A stretch of 32,000 nucleotides of DNA from Mycobacterium leprae TN (lineage in GTDB: Bacteria > Actinomycetota > Actinomycetes > Mycobacteriales > Mycobacteriaceae): contig NC_002677.1 in NCBI RefSeq assembly GCF_000195855.1, positions 390,001 to 422,000 on the forward strand. The letters run 5' to 3'. How positions within the stretch are numbered: position 1 is the first letter of the stretch; every line of letters begins with the position of its first letter. The notes below the pieces were generated by a model. The model saw nothing but the letters and a program-made list of their open reading frames with translations, had not been told where the DNA came from and did not search any database. The position numbers and the translations under genes were made by a program. Below, piece by piece: positions 12,439 through 25,214 of this stretch.

Positions 12439-13148
12439 TTGTTATTATTCTCGCTTGTAGGCCGACGTGACTGCAACCGACTGGGGTTCGCGGTGCATGC
12501 CGTGGCTTGGTTTGGTGCCATTAGTTTGGTTCCGGACGTTGTGGCTGAGCCTGCGGTACCGGCTAACGCTCACCATCGCATGGTCGGCACCTGGCGCCGC
12601 AGTACTGGTTGGCGCCTGTGCGGTGGATGGCCGGTTGGTCGGCCGTGGTCGGAACGTTCTTGCTTGCCGGCGTTGTGCTACAGCTGTGTCTGTCCCCCGC
12701 TCTGCGGCCTGGCCGCACACCCGTTGCAGGTGGCGCCGATCCTGTTGACCTGGCTAGTGTTCACCAGGTTCGCGCAACGGTGGGCGGTGCCGTCGACTTT
12801 CGTGGTTACGCTGAGCACGGTTGTGTTCACCCACCGCTCGGGCATTTCGGGACCGTTGCTTTCGCACCTGAACTGGACGTCCCGCGGCTGAGTTAGGCAG
12901 CGGTCGTCGTCGAGTTACCCCTCATACGTCTTCTCTACATCATCACGATGGCGGACCAGAACGTACCCGGCGTTGTGCTTAGTTGTGGTTGTGTGGCTCC
13001 TGCGGCTACCCGAGTTCCTTGGCGGGAAGCAATGACGGTCACCGGGTTCGGCACTTTATTATTCGGCGGGCACGCGATCAACCTGGCTGCCGTCAGCGCG
13101 GCTGTTCCGGCCTCTCACGAAGTGCATCGTGATCCGGAGCGGCGATAG
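12439..13148 (+). pseudogene. Decayed polytopic membrane protein region
   Basis: Plus-strand ORFs 12439-12891 and 12948-13148 have hydrophobic segments (VAPILLTWLVFTRFAQRWAVPSTFVVTLSTVVF; LLFGGHAINLAAVSAAVPA) interrupted by frame changes. Family not confidently recognised. Confidence 0.35.
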
Positions 13149-13697
13149 GCCGGCCGCGACAACCTTCGGCCTTCGTCTAGCTGGTGCTAGCAGTGTTGGC
13201 CATGCTCGTCGCCGTTAGTACTCGTCGAGGTCCTCGACGTAGGCCTTGAGAAATAATGTCGGGAGTGAGCATCAAGATGGAGGCAGATCAGCCTTGCTGC
13301 AGAGACAGTGAATCCCGGCCGTGCAAAATGTTGAGCAAAGTCGCCTTGGTTCGTGTTCTGCCATTCGTGGCCGTAGTAAGAACTTCATTATTCCGAACAA
13401 CACGAAGAGGATCTCCGCGATAGTGCGGTGAAAGTGGTGTGGTACGGTTCTATTCGGTACAGGCTCATAGTCGCCGCCGGTGTTCTGATGATTGGCCAAG
13501 TAGAGGTTCGAGCGTTATTATTTACGGTCGGACGGCAGGTAGGCACACTATAAGCCAGGGGGGTGGCATCGGGCTCATCCATTGGCGTGGCGGGACTGCG
13601 CATAGACGCATAGATGAGGTACCGGTCACTCCAATCTAAAATTTAAAATAATCTAAAATCTAATTTGAGTGCTGGTCAGTCTGGCTCATTTTGTCGA

Positions 13698-14612
13698 TCA
13701 GCCGACCGGATAGACCACCCCGGTGAGTTCTTCGGAGACCGCCCACAGCCGGAGCTGCCGGTCAACGTCGTGGGACTTGCCGTTGGACGCCACAACTTTG
13801 GGGTGGCCCCGTATTTCTGCGAACCCGTCTGGTCCGAAATACTGCCCGCCGAGCACTGCCGCATCGGTGGCAGCCCGCAGGGTCGGTAGTGCGCCGGTTG
13901 CTGCATCCTGGGTGAGGAACAGTTCGGCCACCGAAAAAATGGGCGCAATCAGCGCGGGCAGAGTCCTGGTCAGTTCGGTGCGTGAGCCACCGGGATGGGC
14001 GGCCACAGCGATCGTCGTTTGTCGGGTGGCCAGTCGTCGCTGCAGTTCGTAAGTGAACAGTAGGTTGGCTAGCTTGGATTGCCCATAGGCGGCGACCCGG
14101 TTGTAGTTGCATTCCCACTGCAGATCGTTGAAATGAATGTCAGCGAACAGGCGGTGACTGAGGCTGCTGACAGTTATCACCCGCGAACCGACGATCGGCA
14201 GCAGCCGATCCAGCAGCAAGCCGGTGAAGGCAAAGTGACCTAAGTGGTTGGTGCCGAACTGCAACTCGAAACCGTCCTTGGTGGTCGACTTCGGTGTCCA
14301 CATCACCCCGGCGTTGTTGATCAGCAAGTCGATGTGGTCGTAGTCGGACCGTAGTTGCTTTGCTGCGGCGCGCACAGACTCCAACGACGCTAAGTCGAGC
14401 TCTTGCAGCGCAACGTTGTTCTGTGCGCTAGTGGCCGTGATGCGTGCGGCAGCGTCCTTGCCCTTGTCGAGATTGCGCACCGCCAACACCACATGGGCAC
14501 CATGCTCGGCGAGTGCCAGCGCGGTCTGATAGCCGAGGCCGGTGTTGGCGCCGGTAATGACGGCGACACGACCCGTCTGGTCGGGAATGTCCGCGGTGGT
14601 CCACTTGGCCAT
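13698..14612 (-). CDS. Short-chain dehydrogenase/reductase (retinol-dehydrogenase-like, Rv0439c-type)
   Basis: 304 aa. Has the NAD(P)-binding TGANTGLG, NNAG, catalytic Ser region SSLSHR and YGQSK (Y-x3-K). Confidence 0.93.
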   Translation of the reverse strand: MAKWTTADIPDQTGRVAVITGANTGLGYQTALALAEHGAHVVLAVRNLDKGKDAAARITATSAQNNVALQELDLASLESVRAAAKQLRSDYDHIDLLINNAGVMWTPKSTTKDGFELQFGTNHLGHFAFTGLLLDRLLPIVGSRVITVSSLSHRLFADIHFNDLQWECNYNRVAAYGQSKLANLLFTYELQRRLATRQTTIAVAAHPGGSRTELTRTLPALIAPIFSVAELFLTQDAATGALPTLRAATDAAVLGGQYFGPDGFAEIRGHPKVVASNGKSHDVDRQLRLWAVSEELTGVVYPVG

Positions 14613-14639
14613 GAATAGCTCCTCAAGCTTGTTACAGTA

Positions 14640-14701
14640 AGCGGGGCGAACGCTCCGGTTGATTGGTTGATTGTGAAACCATACGGAACGCTAGCCCCGC
14701 T
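14640..14701. promoter_or_regulatory. Candidate TetR operator: imperfect 19-bp inverted repeat in the SDR/tetR divergent intergenic region
   Basis: AGCGGGGCGAACGCTCCGG (14640-14658) and ACGGAACGCTAGCCCCGCT (14683-14701). The arms are complementary at 14-15 of 19 positions, including the outer 8. Confidence 0.45.
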
Positions 14702-14706
14702 GTGCA

Positions 14707-15309
14707 ATGTCCGTTCCTAGATCAGGATTGAGTGTTCAGATGGCGCAACCCGCACGGCCGCTGCGTGCCGACGCGGCGCGAAACCGTGCCCGAATACTGG
14801 GTGTTGCTTACGAAGCTTTCGCGACCGAGGGCTTGTCGGTGCCGATTGACGAAATTGCCCGACGCGCGGGTGTCGGAGCTGGCACTGTATACCGGCATTT
14901 TCCGACGAAGGAGGCGCTGTGTGCGGCGGTCATCGGGGACCGCATGCCTCACCTCGTAGACGACGGGTATGTGCTGTTGAAGTCTGCCGGGCCGGGTGAG
15001 GCGCTGTTCACCTATCTGCGCTCGCTCGTGTTGCACTGGGGCGCTACCGACCGCGGACTGGTTGATGCGCTGGCCGGCGCCGGTGGTATCGACATCCTCG
15101 GCGTCGCGCCCGACGCCGAGGATGCGTTTTTGACTATACTCAGTGACCTGCTGTACGCGGCGCAATATGCGGGCACCGCGCGCACTGACGTCGGCGTCCG
15201 CGAGGTCAAATCGATCCTGGTCGGATGCCAAGCGATGGAAGCGTACAACTCGGCATTGGCTGAGCGGGTGACCGATGTCGTTGTCGATGGTTTGCGCGCG
15301 GCGCGATAG
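14707..15309 (+). CDS. TetR/AcrR family transcriptional regulator
   Basis: N-terminal HTH ARNRARILGVAYEAFATEGLSVPIDEIARRAGVGAGTVYRHFPTKEALCAAVI. The true start may be an internal ATG at 14740 (MAQPARPLRADAARN). Confidence 0.92.
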   Translation: MSVPRSGLSVQMAQPARPLRADAARNRARILGVAYEAFATEGLSVPIDEIARRAGVGAGTVYRHFPTKEALCAAVIGDRMPHLVDDGYVLLKSAGPGEALFTYLRSLVLHWGATDRGLVDALAGAGGIDILGVAPDAEDAFLTILSDLLYAAQYAGTARTDVGVREVKSILVGCQAMEAYNSALAERVTDVVVDGLRAAR

Positions 15310-15321
15310 CCCCAGGGTGTT

Positions 15322-17143
<1,822 letters not shown>

Positions 17144-17246
17144 CGTCCGGTCATGATGCAGGTAGCTACGTGGTCTGAAGTGGGGTACTTCATCAACTGA
17201 GTAGCGGCGGGCGAACTGGACAATCGAATTAGGAGTTGACAAAGAA

Positions 17247-17285
17247 AAAGAGCCCGGCCCCCCAAAAAAAGGGACCGGGCTCTTT
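17247..17285 (+). terminator. Strong rho-independent terminator downstream of groEL2
   Basis: AAAGAGCCCGG-CCCCCCAAAAAAAGGGA-CCGGGCTCTTT stem-loop (11-bp perfect outer stem, further CCC/GGG pairing inside) followed by a U-rich tail CTTGTTCTTG. Confidence 0.85.
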
Positions 17286-17329
17286 CTTGTTCTTGCGCGT
17301 CCAGGGGAGTCGGGCTTGGCCTCGAGGTG

Positions 17330-18165
17330 CAGGAGCGTGGGTCGGAACGACACTGAACCGGGCAGTCTCGTTGCCGGGGCTCGCGTCGTTGCGCTGGAAG
17401 GAGCGCGCGCGCCCGAGCCGTTCTAGGGTGTTGTGGGTGTTTCATAGGTGGTGGGTGAAATGGCTGTTTTTGCGTTTTATGACTGGCCGATATGTTCGGT
17501 AGTCGTGGGGGGCAGCCCGGAATCCTGTTGACGTGTTTTGCTGTGTTGCGGGGTTTTTGTTGGTGGGTGGCTGACTGCCTGCTTTCGATGAGGCTTCGTG
17601 TGCTTTGCCGCAGTGGACACGATTAGCGCGGCGCACGTAAGCATGTCGGTGGTGGGTGCTGCTTGGTCTACATGTTGATGATGCCAGGGGCTGGGCACCT
17701 GGGCTGTGCTGAAGGCGATATCGATGCAGGCGTGGGTGTGAGGGTAGTTGTTAGCGCCGCGGGGTAGGGGCGTTTTAGTGTGCATGTCATGGCCTTGAGG
17801 TGTCGGCGTGGTCAATGTGGCCGCACCTGAACAGGCACGTCCCCGTGCACGGTATAACTATTCGCACCTGATGTTATCCCTTGCACCATTTCTGCCGCTG
17901 GTATCGGTGTCGGCGGCTTGTTGACCGGCCCTCAGCCAGCAAGCAGGCATGCCGCCGGGTGCAGCAGTATCGTGTTAGTGAACAGTGCATCGATGATCCG
18001 GCCGTCGGCGGCACATACGGCAACCTTCTAGCGCAGATCAACCACCCACACCCCACCAGCCCACCACAACACCACCACCCAAACCAAACCAGCAAAAAAT
18101 AACCACCAAATGACCATCACGACGACGATATGGTGGGTGCGTTCAGCGCGCAGATGCCCGCTGCC
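17330..18165. repeat. Dispersed repeat element RLEP of M. leprae (anchor 17781-17909; outer limits approximate)
   Basis: Contains exact matches to the widely used RLEP diagnostic primer sites as I recall them: TGCATGTCATGGCCTTGAGG (17781-17800) and the complement of CACCGATACCAGCGGCAGAA (17890-17909), 129 bp apart, plus the nested sites TGAGGTGTCGGCGTGGTC and TCCCTTGCACCATTTCTG. The radA coding similarity stops at about 18175, which sets the right limit. The left limit is uncertain. Confidence 0.92.
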
Positions 18166-18174
18166 GCCGCATAG

Positions 18175-19390
18175 CAACCCGGTTGGGATCAACGCTGTGT
18201 TGGGCAGTAGCAGGTTAGAGTAGGCTGAGGCTAGCGCAATCGCGACTGAGAGATCTGGTGCCGGATCGGTTAACCGCATGCCGTCTACGGTGAAAAGATA
18301 GACGTTATTGACCGCGATGCTCTAGTTGGTTGTGTTTTTCCAGGGCGGTGGTGGCTATAGCTGCCCGGGCGTGTGTCGATCCTGTTGATGACACGGCGCG
18401 GCGAGCCACTAATATGGCGTTGCCAATAGCGTCTGGATCTCGCCGATGAGTGGTTGCTTTCCTCCACCCAGTGTCATCGTGATCGCAGTACCGGCTACCG
18501 GTGTTGGCCGCTGATTGATTGAAGAAAAGGTTTCAATGGATCGGCAACGTCGTCGATTCCGTCGTCACGCAACAGGAAACACTCGACTTTGTCACTTTGT
18601 CGGTGGCTCCGAATTGATTCTTGACGTCCCGGACCGTCTGCATCGGGTAGTTTGTGATTTTCCTGCGAATGCAGCACTACGTCGACGAGGTGTTCGAGCG
18701 AGTACGGCCTGGCGATGGACCCGTCTTTGGTGACATGTCCGACCAGAATCAACGCAACTACCGTTGGCTTTGGCGTTCGGCGTCGTTGTTACGGCACGTA
18801 CTTGGGTGCCACCACCGGTGATTTCGTCGGCTTCGGTGAGTGGCCATGGTTTGCACTGAGGCGGTGCTGCTCAGCGCAGACAGACCATCACGACGTGGCC
18901 CAGCACGGTGTGCAGGTCGAATTCTACGGCCAGGTTGACCGCTTGTGTGCTGTCACCAGCCGATCCAGTTTGCGCCCAGCTGGATCTGGGCCAGCGGATT
19001 CTTCGCCGGAGATATTCGGCGTACGCCGGCCGGACTGCGTTCAGTGGTGGGCAACCTTGAGAATCGCAGCGTCGAGTTGCCCAGACTCGGACCACCCGCT
19101 AGCAGCGTCACCGAGCCGGGTTCCACATTGCTACCAAGGCTTCAATCTAATTCGTCGACACTCGTAAGGCATGGCAACGTGTGGTGCACGTCAATGGAAT
19201 TAATCGTAACTGCTTGCGAAATGACATCCGCTGTCACCGATCTTACCGAGTAATGCTACAGTCTATTTTAATTTTTATAGTATCCCACGCATCGTACTCC
19301 AGGCAATATCCCCCACGTAGCGGTGACATGGTGACATTCCGAGCAGGGGGTACGTCCGAATGCATAATAGCTATACGATGACCGTATCGG
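18175..19390 (-). pseudogene. radA: DNA repair protein RadA (Sms) pseudogene, 3' truncated
   Basis: Minus-strand fragments: INSIDVHHTLPCLTSVDELD*SLG...VEPGSVTLLAGGPSLGNSTL (degenerate Walker A), [89 protein letters not shown]. Multiple stops and frameshifts. Adjacent to lpqE, as in M. tuberculosis. Confidence 0.9.
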
Positions 19391-19441
19391 GGTGATACGA
19401 TAGCCTAAATGTGGAGACGGTTTACTAGTGGTTAGAGCTGT

Positions 19442-19993
19442 TTAGGTCTGCCGTGGTGCGAGTCCGGCCGAGACCGGTACAGCCACGTTGGCTTGTCCAG
19501 CCTTCTCGAAGTTGAAGGTAAAGTTGTAGGTGAGGCCGTTGGTGATGGGCTTGGCCAAGGTTACGATTGCTTTAGCGATGTTGTTAGACTGGAGGGGGGG
19601 CGGTTTTATTCTCTGCCCTTCGGATGTGCCGATGAACAGCATCCCGTTGGTGGGCAGTTGGGTATAGCCGTTCAGTGCTACCGTGCCGATGTCACTGGTG
19701 ATGGACACTAGCCGGTCTGTGACATACGGAGAATTATTGATGGCCACCAGCATCAAGTCCACCGTTCGGCCCGATTGGAGGAAGTCACCGGTCTGCGCGG
19801 CTTGGATGCGTATGTCGCGTAATGCCAGATTGTTGAGTGTGACCCGGTTGCCGTTGACGGCCGGTTCCTGGGTCGCGGTTTGCGAGATCTGGCCTGCTCC
19901 GCAACCGCCAAGCACCGAGGCCATCAAAGTCAAAAAGCCTAGGACGGCGACCCGGGTAGCCAGCGCGGGAAGGCTGATCTTGAAGCGGCTCAC
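19442..19993 (-). CDS. lpqE: Probable conserved lipoprotein LpqE
   Basis: 183 aa with signal peptide and lipobox (LGGC). Divergent from carD as in the Rv3584/Rv3583c arrangement. Confidence 0.88.
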   Translation of the reverse strand: MSRFKISLPALATRVAVLGFLTLMASVLGGCGAGQISQTATQEPAVNGNRVTLNNLALRDIRIQAAQTGDFLQSGRTVDLMLVAINNSPYVTDRLVSITSDIGTVALNGYTQLPTNGMLFIGTSEGQRIKPPPLQSNNIAKAIVTLAKPITNGLTYNFTFNFEKAGQANVAVPVSAGLAPRQT

Positions 19994-20338
19994 TGACTGC
20001 CTCCTGCTGGGATACTGGTCAAGGCATTAGGACAGCGGCTCAACTATGCAACTATGCACAGTAGTGAGGAATATACATTAGGTAGGTTTAAGAACGTGCT
20101 GTCGCACGGTAAGACCGTAGCGGAAGACACAAAATCTACCGTTGCGGGGGGCCTTGGTTCGGGCTCCCGTGAGGTTGCCGATAGTGACCTTTCAAGTGCG
20201 TCTACACTGCTACAAAAGGATGTTGGTAGTGCGGTGCATTGCATGTCTTGCTCTGCCTGTCAACCCCTAATCTGCCGGTGTTGTACCTCCTGACCTGCAC
20301 CGTTGTGCGCGCCTGTCGGCCCGCCGTGTTAGGATTGA

Positions 20339-20851
<513 letters not shown>

Positions 20852-20869
20852 ATACCCTGAGGCTTGAGG

Positions 20870-21595
20870 ATGGCTGTGGCAACGGGCACTGTAGTTGCAG
20901 TGGTCCCGGCCGCCGGGGCGGGGAAGCGGCTAGCGGCCGGCATTCCGAAGGCATTCTGTGAACTTGACGGGCGTACGCTTGTCGAACGTGCTGTCGTTGG
21001 CTTGCTGGAATCTGGCGTTGTTGACCATGTTGTGGTGGCGGTGCCTGCTGATCGCATTGCCCAGACCCAGTGGGTGCTATCCCAACGGCTAGCCAATTCG
21101 GCGGGTCAACACGCCACAGTTGTGGCCGGCGGGGCCGACCGCACCAAATCGGTGTGTCAGGCTCTTGCGACCCTTCCCGCCCCGTCAAGGGTGGGCGCAC
21201 CCGAGTTTATATTGGTGCATGATGCCGCGCGGGCGCTGACACCAGCACGGTTAATCGTGCGGGTGGTTGATGCTTTGCGTGCTGGTCATACCGCGGTCGT
21301 TCCAGCGCTGCCACTGTCTGACACCATTAAAGCCGTGGACGCCAACGGAATGGTTCTTGGCACTCCGGCGCGGGTCGGCTTGCGGGCGGTGCAGACCCCG
21401 CAGGGGTTTGCTACCGAGCTGCTATGGTGCGCTTATCAGCGTGGCCCCCATCTTGATGCCGTCGATTTCACCGACGATGCTTCCCTTGTCGAACATCTCG
21501 GTGGCCAGGTTCAGGTGGTCGCCGGCGATCCACTGGCGTTCAAGATCACCACTCAGTTGGATCTGCTGCTGGCGAAGAAGATTCTGCGCCGGTGA
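20870..21595 (+). CDS. ispD: 2-C-methyl-D-erythritol 4-phosphate cytidylyltransferase
   Basis: Nucleotidyltransferase motif [26 protein letters not shown] at 20870 gives 241 aa. Overlaps ispF by 4 bp. Confidence 0.94.
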
Positions 21596-22068
21596 GTGAA
21601 CTGCCCCGGGTCGGTTTGGGTTTCGATGTCCACGTGTTTGAACCGGGGCGGCCGTGTTGGCTGGTGGGGCTGCTGTTCCCGGACAACGACGGCTGCGCCG
21701 GGCACTCCGATGGTGACGTAGCGGTGCATGCGCTGTGTGATGCCGTGTTGTCGGCCGCAGGGCAGGGTGATATCGGCGGCCTGTTCGCCGTTGGCGATCC
21801 GCGTTGGGAACGCGTCAGCGGTGCTGACATGCTGCGCCATGTAGTCGAATTGTTACTGCGACATGGCTACGAGGTCGTCAACGCGTCCGTTCAAGTGATC
21901 GGTAACCGACCGAAAATCGGTCCGCGCCGTACCGAGGCGCAACGGTTGCTGTCAGCTCTGCTGCGAGCGCCAGTATCAGTGGCGGCGACGACCACCGAGG
22001 GACTTGGCCTGACTGGGCGTGGCGAGGGCTTGTCCGCCATCGCGACTGCGTTGGTGGTCCAGGTCTGA
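21592..22068 (+). CDS. ispF: 2-C-methyl-D-erythritol 2,4-cyclodiphosphate synthase (158 aa, GTG start)
   Basis: [69 protein letters not shown]. Confidence 0.95.
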
Positions 22069-22122
22069 CAGCCGTGTGCTGAGAATCCGCCAACACGGAA
22101 CCAACAGGTAAGCTGGCCCGTC

Positions 22123-23544
22123 GTGATCGATAGCGGCCATTTGCGGCTCCACGATACGGTAGCTGGTGCTGTGCGCGATTTCGTTCCGCTGCGAGCCGGG
22201 CACGTCTCGATCTACCTGTGTGGTGCCACCGTTCAAGGACAGCCGCACATCGGGCACGTCCGCAGCGGGGTAGCCTTCGACATTCTGCGCCGATGGCTCA
22301 TGGCACGCGGCTATGACGTCGCGTTCATCCGCAACGTCACCGATATCGATGACAAGATTCTTAACAAGGCTGCCGCGGCTGGCCGGCCGTGGTGGGAATG
22401 GGCGGCCACCCACGAGCGCGCGTTTACCGCGGCCTATGACGCCTTGGACGTTTTGCCGCCGTCAGCAGAGCCGCGAGCCACCGGGCACATTACCCAGATG
22501 ATCGAGCTGATCGAGCTGTTGATCGAGACAGGTCACGCCTATACGGGCGGCTCTGATGTTTATTTCGACGTGCTCAGCTACCCGGATTATGGCCAGCTAT
22601 CTGGGCACAAGATGGACTATATCCACCAAGGCGAAGGTGTGACTACCGGCAAACGTGATCAACGCGACTTTACTTTGTGGAAGGGCGCCAAGTCCGGTGA
22701 ACCGTCGTGGCCTACGCCGTGGGGCCGTGGCCGTCCAGGCTGGCACCTGGAATGCTCGGCAATGGCTCGTGCTTATCTTGGTTCTGAATTTGACATCCAT
22801 TGCGGTGGAATGGATTTAGTTTTTCCGCACCACGAAAATGAGATCGCGCAGAGCCGCGCTGTCGGGGATGGCTTCGCCCGTTACTGGCTGCACAACGGCT
22901 GGGTAACGATGGGTGGGGAGAAGATGAGTAAGTCGCTGGGTAACGTGTTGTCCATCCCAGCCGTGCTGCAGCGGGTTCGGCCAGCCGAACTGCGTTACTA
23001 TCTCGGTAGCGCCCACTACCGGTCGATGCTGGAGTTCTCCGAGGCCGCGCTACAGGATGCGGTCAAAGCTTATGTCGGAGTGGAGAATTTCCTGACTAGG
23101 GTGCGTACTCGGGTTGGTGCCGTTGGCACCGGCGAACTGACCCCACGGTTCGCTGCAGCACTCGACGACGATCTGGCGGTGCCGATCGCGCTGGCTGAGG
23201 TGCACCACGCTCGTGTGGAGGGTAACCGAGCGCTCGACATCGGCGACCACGAAGGTGCGTTGACGAACGCCGGCGCTATTCGAGCGATGATGGGCATCTT
23301 AGGTTGCGACCCGCTTGACGAACGTTGGGAATCCCGCGATGAGACGTCGGCGGCGCTAGCGGCTGTCGATGTGCTGGTGGCCGCTGAGCTAGAAAGCCGG
23401 CAGATGGCACGCGAGCAGCGTAACTGGGTACTTGCCGATCAGATCCGCGATCGACTCAAGGATGCCGGTATTGAGGTAACTGATACCGTCAACGGGCCGC
23501 AGTGGGAACTGTTGGCTGGCGATAAGCAAGTTGATGCCCGGTAA
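22123..23544 (+). CDS. cysS: Cysteinyl-tRNA synthetase (473 aa)
   Basis: Class I signatures HIGH (PHIGHVRSG) and KMSKS ([11 protein letters not shown]). Zinc-site CGG region [25 protein letters not shown]. Confidence 0.97.
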
Positions 23545-24463
23545 CTCGCGTCGCCGGGGGGCTGTCCGCAAATCCGGCACCAATAAGGGGACCACCGTTG
23601 GCTCGGGCGGCCAGCGTCGCCGTGCGTTGGAGGGGCGTGGTCCGACACCGCCGGCGTATCTGCGTCCCAATCACCCCGCCGCCAAGCGGAATCAATCCTC
23701 GCCGCACCGGCCGGTCAAACGCACCGACGAGACAGAAACGGTGCTTGGCCGCAATCCGGTGCTGGAGTGTCTGCGCGCCGGCGTCCCGGCAACTGCGCTT
23801 TACGTTGCGCTCGGTACCGAAGTCGACAAGCGGCTCACCGAATCCGTTATGAGAGCAGCCGATGTGGGCGTGGCGATCCTCGAGGTACCGCGCACGTACC
23901 TGGATCGAATAACTAACAACCACTTACATCAGGGCATTGCGCTACAGGTACCACCGTACCACTATGTTCACTCCGATGATCTGCTCGCCGCCGCTACCGA
24001 TTCGCCGCCGGCGTTGTTGGTCGCGCTGGATAACATCTCCGACCCCCGTAATCTCGGTGCAATCGTGCGATCGGTAGCGGCATTCAGCGGCCATGGCATC
24101 TTGATACCACAGCGGCGTTCCGCCTCGGTCACCGCGGTAGCGTGGCGCACCAGCGCCGGTGCTGCGGCGCGGATCCCAGTGGCGCGGGCCACCAATCTAA
24201 CTCGGGCGCTCAAGGTTTGGGCCGATCAAGGATTGCGGGTGATTGGACTGGACCACGATGGTGACACCGCACTCGACGACTTGGACGGCACGGACCCGTT
24301 GGCGGTAGTCGTTGGCTCGGAAGGCAAGGGTCTGTCGAGGTTGGTGCGGCACAGCTGCGATGAGGTGGTGTCGATACCTATGGCCGGTCAGGTCGAATCG
24401 CTGAATGCCTCTGTGGCCGTCGGAGTGGTGCTTGCCGAAATCGCCCGTCAGCGCAGGCTTTAA
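23531..24463 (+). CDS. rlmB: TrmH/SpoU-family 23S rRNA (guanosine-2'-O-)methyltransferase
   Basis: [86 protein letters not shown]. Overlaps the cysS 3' end by 14 bp. Confidence 0.93.
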
Positions 24464-25214
24464 AGCCGTTGCTCGGCTGGCCCGCCTACGTCGGCGCCGT
24501 GTTAGTGGTGATGGCTGTCCGTGGTTCTTGCGCTGCCGCCATCGGCGACCTCGTAACCACCCGGCTTCTATTCGCAGGCCCATACTGATGATCGCTGTGA
24601 GTACAACCGGTTAGTCATTGCGCGCCTGCACTAAAGCGCTTGAACTTGGGGTCACCACGTTCGAGTTCGGAATCAACATCACCAAAGATGGTTAACCATT
24701 TGGTGTGGCATGATTTTATAGTTGACTCGCAACAATGCTCTACACCCGCGTTAGTTGGTTAACTACCGATATCCGTACGTCGGACAACTCGTGCACGCGC
24801 TCAACTTGGCCAGCTTCGCACGCTGGACCGCGGCAAGCCGAGAAGAGGAATTCCCGGGGCTGAAGTGTTGCGGGGCAACAAGATAGTTGTCTTACCGGAA
24901 GTTTTCGCGCTCACCGATTACTATCTGGCCGATGTACGGTTCAACATCGAGACCAAGGTAGCGGCCGATCGGCCAGCTGTATCCGTCTTTTCTCAAGAGT
25001 TCGTTGATGTGGTGCTCGCCGTGGTCAGATCCGTCGGCAAGGTCGACCGGGTGGCTTCGCCTGGCGAACGCCCTGCCGATGGTGCGTCAGGCTTAGCCGT
25101 CTATACCGTTGGTGGCCTTATGGGATGAGCGGATCTTAGTAGCCAGCTACCCAGGTCGCTGAGACGTTGGCGGCTACCGCGCGAGTGAACGTTTCCGCAC
25201 CAGGGTGAGTTTGG

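Noticed and set aside
13630-13670. AT-rich short repeats (ATCTAAAATTTAAAATAATCTAAAATCTAATTT) downstream of the SDR gene as a possible regulatory or origin-like element
   Set aside because: Too short and imperfect. It most likely reflects low-complexity decay and lies at a gene 3' end without supporting context.
13723-14052. Plus-strand 109-aa ORF opposite the SDR gene
   Set aside because: Antisense artefact of the intact SDR reading frame, with no independent evidence.
17874-18279. ORFs inside and across the RLEP edge (17874-18095 -, 17881-18102 +, 18028-18279 -) as possible transposase or membrane genes
   Set aside because: RLEP is not known to encode a transposase. The ORFs are short, overlap on both strands, and one is a chimera with radA pseudogene sequence.
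24865-25128. 87-aa plus-strand ORF (MLRGNKIVVLPEVFALTDYYLADVRFN...) considered as a regulator or enzyme fragment
   Set aside because: It reads like a real coding remnant but I could not tie it to a family without a search, so it was not called.
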